DNA from: a phage | Length of the DNA: 260 nt | Sequence record: X58668.1 | Reading direction: 5' to 3' (one strand) | In this document: positions 1 through 260 of the stretch, in pieces | Numbering within the stretch: position 1 is the stretch's first letter | How the letters are laid out: each line of letters begins with the position of its first letter | The notes under the pieces: model-generated | What the model was told of the DNA's origin: nothing | What the model saw: the letters and a program-made list of their open reading frames with translations, nothing else | Database searches by the model: none | Translations under genes and position numbers: made by a program

Positions 1-10
1 TTGGCATTAT

Positions 11-40
11 AAAAAAGCATTGCTTATCAATTTGTTGCAA
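11..40 (+). promoter_or_regulatory. IHF binding site H' of attP: A-tract 11-16, consensus WATCAANNNNTTR at 25-37 (TATCAATTTGTTG).
   Basis: Seen in sequence: exact match to the IHF consensus at 25-37, with a 6-bp A-tract about one helical turn upstream. Established knowledge: the H' site used for the IHF-DNA co-crystal structure has this sequence (AAAAAAGCATTGCTTATCAATTTGTTGCA), recalled from memory. Confidence 0.85.
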
Positions 41-45
41 CGAAC

Positions 46-55
46 AGGTCACTAT
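46..55 (+). promoter_or_regulatory. Int arm-type binding site P'1 (AGGTCACTAT)
   Basis: Seen in sequence: close match to the arm-type consensus C/AAGTCACTAT. Established knowledge: three tandem arm-type sites bound by the Int N-terminal domain lie at about +53 to +82 in the P' arm. Confidence 0.8.
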
Positions 56-65
56 CAGTCAAAAT
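56..65 (+). promoter_or_regulatory. Int arm-type binding site P'2 (CAGTCAAAAT)
   Basis: Seen in sequence: CAGTCA half matches the arm-type consensus and the site lies directly adjacent to P'1 in tandem. Assigned by position and recalled lambda annotation. Confidence 0.75.
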
Positions 66-75
66 AAAATCATTA
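66..75 (+). promoter_or_regulatory. Int arm-type binding site P'3 (AAAATCATTA), the weakest match; overlaps the int stop codon
   Basis: Seen in sequence: degenerate match in the third tandem 10-bp register. Recalled as P'3 of lambda attP. The int TAA stop (complement of 73-75) lies inside it. Confidence 0.65.
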
Positions 76-237
76 TTTGATTTCAATTTTGTCCCACTCC
101 CTGCCTCTGTCATCACGATACTGTGATGCCATGGTGTCCGACTTATGCCCGAGAAGATGTTGAGCAAACTTATCGCTTATCTGCTTCTCATAGAGTCTTG
201 CAGACAAACTGCGCAACTCGTGAAAGGTAGGCGGATC
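73..237 (-). CDS. int: Lambda integrase Int (tyrosine recombinase), C-terminal fragment: residues 303-356 plus stop. The 5' part of the gene is replaced by non-lambda sequence from 238 onward.
   Basis: Seen in sequence: minus-strand translation of 237->73 gives DPPTFHELRSLSARLYEKQISDKFAQHLLGHKSDTMASQYRDDRGREWDKIEIK*, which matches the lambda Int C-terminus as I recall it. Active-site residues map to His308 (220-222), Arg311 (211-213), His333 (145-147) and catalytic Tyr342 (118-120). The stop TAA is the complement of 73-75. Identity to lambda ends at 237/238; lambda continues GGATCCCC.. (..SFEG|DPP), recalled from memory. Confidence 0.93.
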   Translation of the reverse strand, partial: DPPTFHELRSLSARLYEKQISDKFAQHLLGHKSDTMASQYRDDRGREWDKIEIK

Positions 238-260
238 TGGGTCGACCTGCAGGTCAACGG
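233..260. other. Synthetic cloning junction and polylinker: GGATCT (233-238; BamHI/BglII-type hybrid, keeps GATC), SalI GTCGAC (241-246), PstI CTGCAG (247-252) within SbfI CCTGCAGG (246-253), HincII GTCAAC (253-258).
   Basis: Seen in sequence: a dense cluster of 6-8 bp restriction sites forming a 12-bp palindrome GACCTGCAGGTC (244-255), starting exactly where lambda identity stops. Inference: the lambda BamHI end was joined to a compatible GATC overhang of a vector. The specific vector is not identified. Confidence 0.7.

Larger units (their letters stand above)
1..75. other. attP: Bacteriophage lambda attP, P' arm (partial). The window starts at about +8 relative to the centre of the 7-bp overlap; bases 1-3 (TTG) are the outer edge of the C' core-type Int site; the arm ends with P'3 at about +82.
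   Basis: Seen in sequence: 1-75 matches, from memory, the lambda sequence immediately right of the core (..AAGTTG|GCATTATAAAAAAGCATTGCTTATCAATTTGTTGCAACGAACAGGTCACTATCAGTCAAAATAAAATCATTA). Established knowledge: attP spans about -152 to +82 and its P' arm abuts the 3' end of int. The core overlap and the P arm lie outside the window. Confidence 0.9.

Noticed and set aside
35-70. Promoter-like hexamers TTGCAA (35-40) and TAAAAT (65-70)
   Set aside because: The spacing is about 24 bp, far from the 17 +/- 1 bp of a sigma-70 promoter. The region is AT-rich because it is the attP arm with IHF and Int sites; no promoter is known here.
46-75. Tandem 10-bp direct repeats (GTCACTAT / GTCAAAAT) as a possible CRISPR array or iteron array
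   Set aside because: Only three degenerate, directly abutting units with no spacers. They correspond to the known Int arm-type sites P'1-P'3.
1-75. sib/tI retroregulatory hairpin downstream of int
   Set aside because: In lambda, sib lies beyond the attP core, on the P-arm and b-region side, which is upstream of position 1. No matching stem-loop is visible in this window.
126-230. Plus-strand ORF of 34 codons (ATG 126-128 to TAG 228-230), antisense to int
   Set aside because: It is short, has no convincing ribosome-binding site, and lies entirely within the well-supported int reading frame on the opposite strand. Most likely a chance ORF.
244-255. Perfect 12-bp palindrome GACCTGCAGGTC as a possible operator or hairpin terminator
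   Set aside because: It is simply adjacent restriction sites (SalI half, PstI/SbfI, HincII half) in a polylinker. There is no following T-tract, and it sits at an obviously synthetic junction.
1-260. A previously undescribed biological system, as the prompt suggested might be present
   Set aside because: Every base in 1-237 is accounted for by textbook lambda attP and int, and 238-260 is polylinker. Nothing in the window is left unexplained.

Overview
This window is not a novel system. Positions 1-237 are wild-type bacteriophage lambda: the P' arm of attP (1-75, with the IHF H' site and Int arm-type sites P'1-P'3) followed by the 3' end of the integrase gene int on the minus strand (73-237, Int residues 303-356 plus the TAA stop). 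I identified this by translating the minus strand myself; it gives the Int C-terminus with the catalytic Tyr342. At 237/238 the lambda sequence stops exactly at the position of the lambda BamHI site and is replaced by polylinker-like sequence (GGATCT hybrid, SalI, PstI/SbfI, HincII). The window therefore looks like the right-hand end of the classic lambda HindIII-BamHI attP fragment cloned into a laboratory vector. Lambda coordinates and restriction-map positions are quoted from memory and were not checked against a database.
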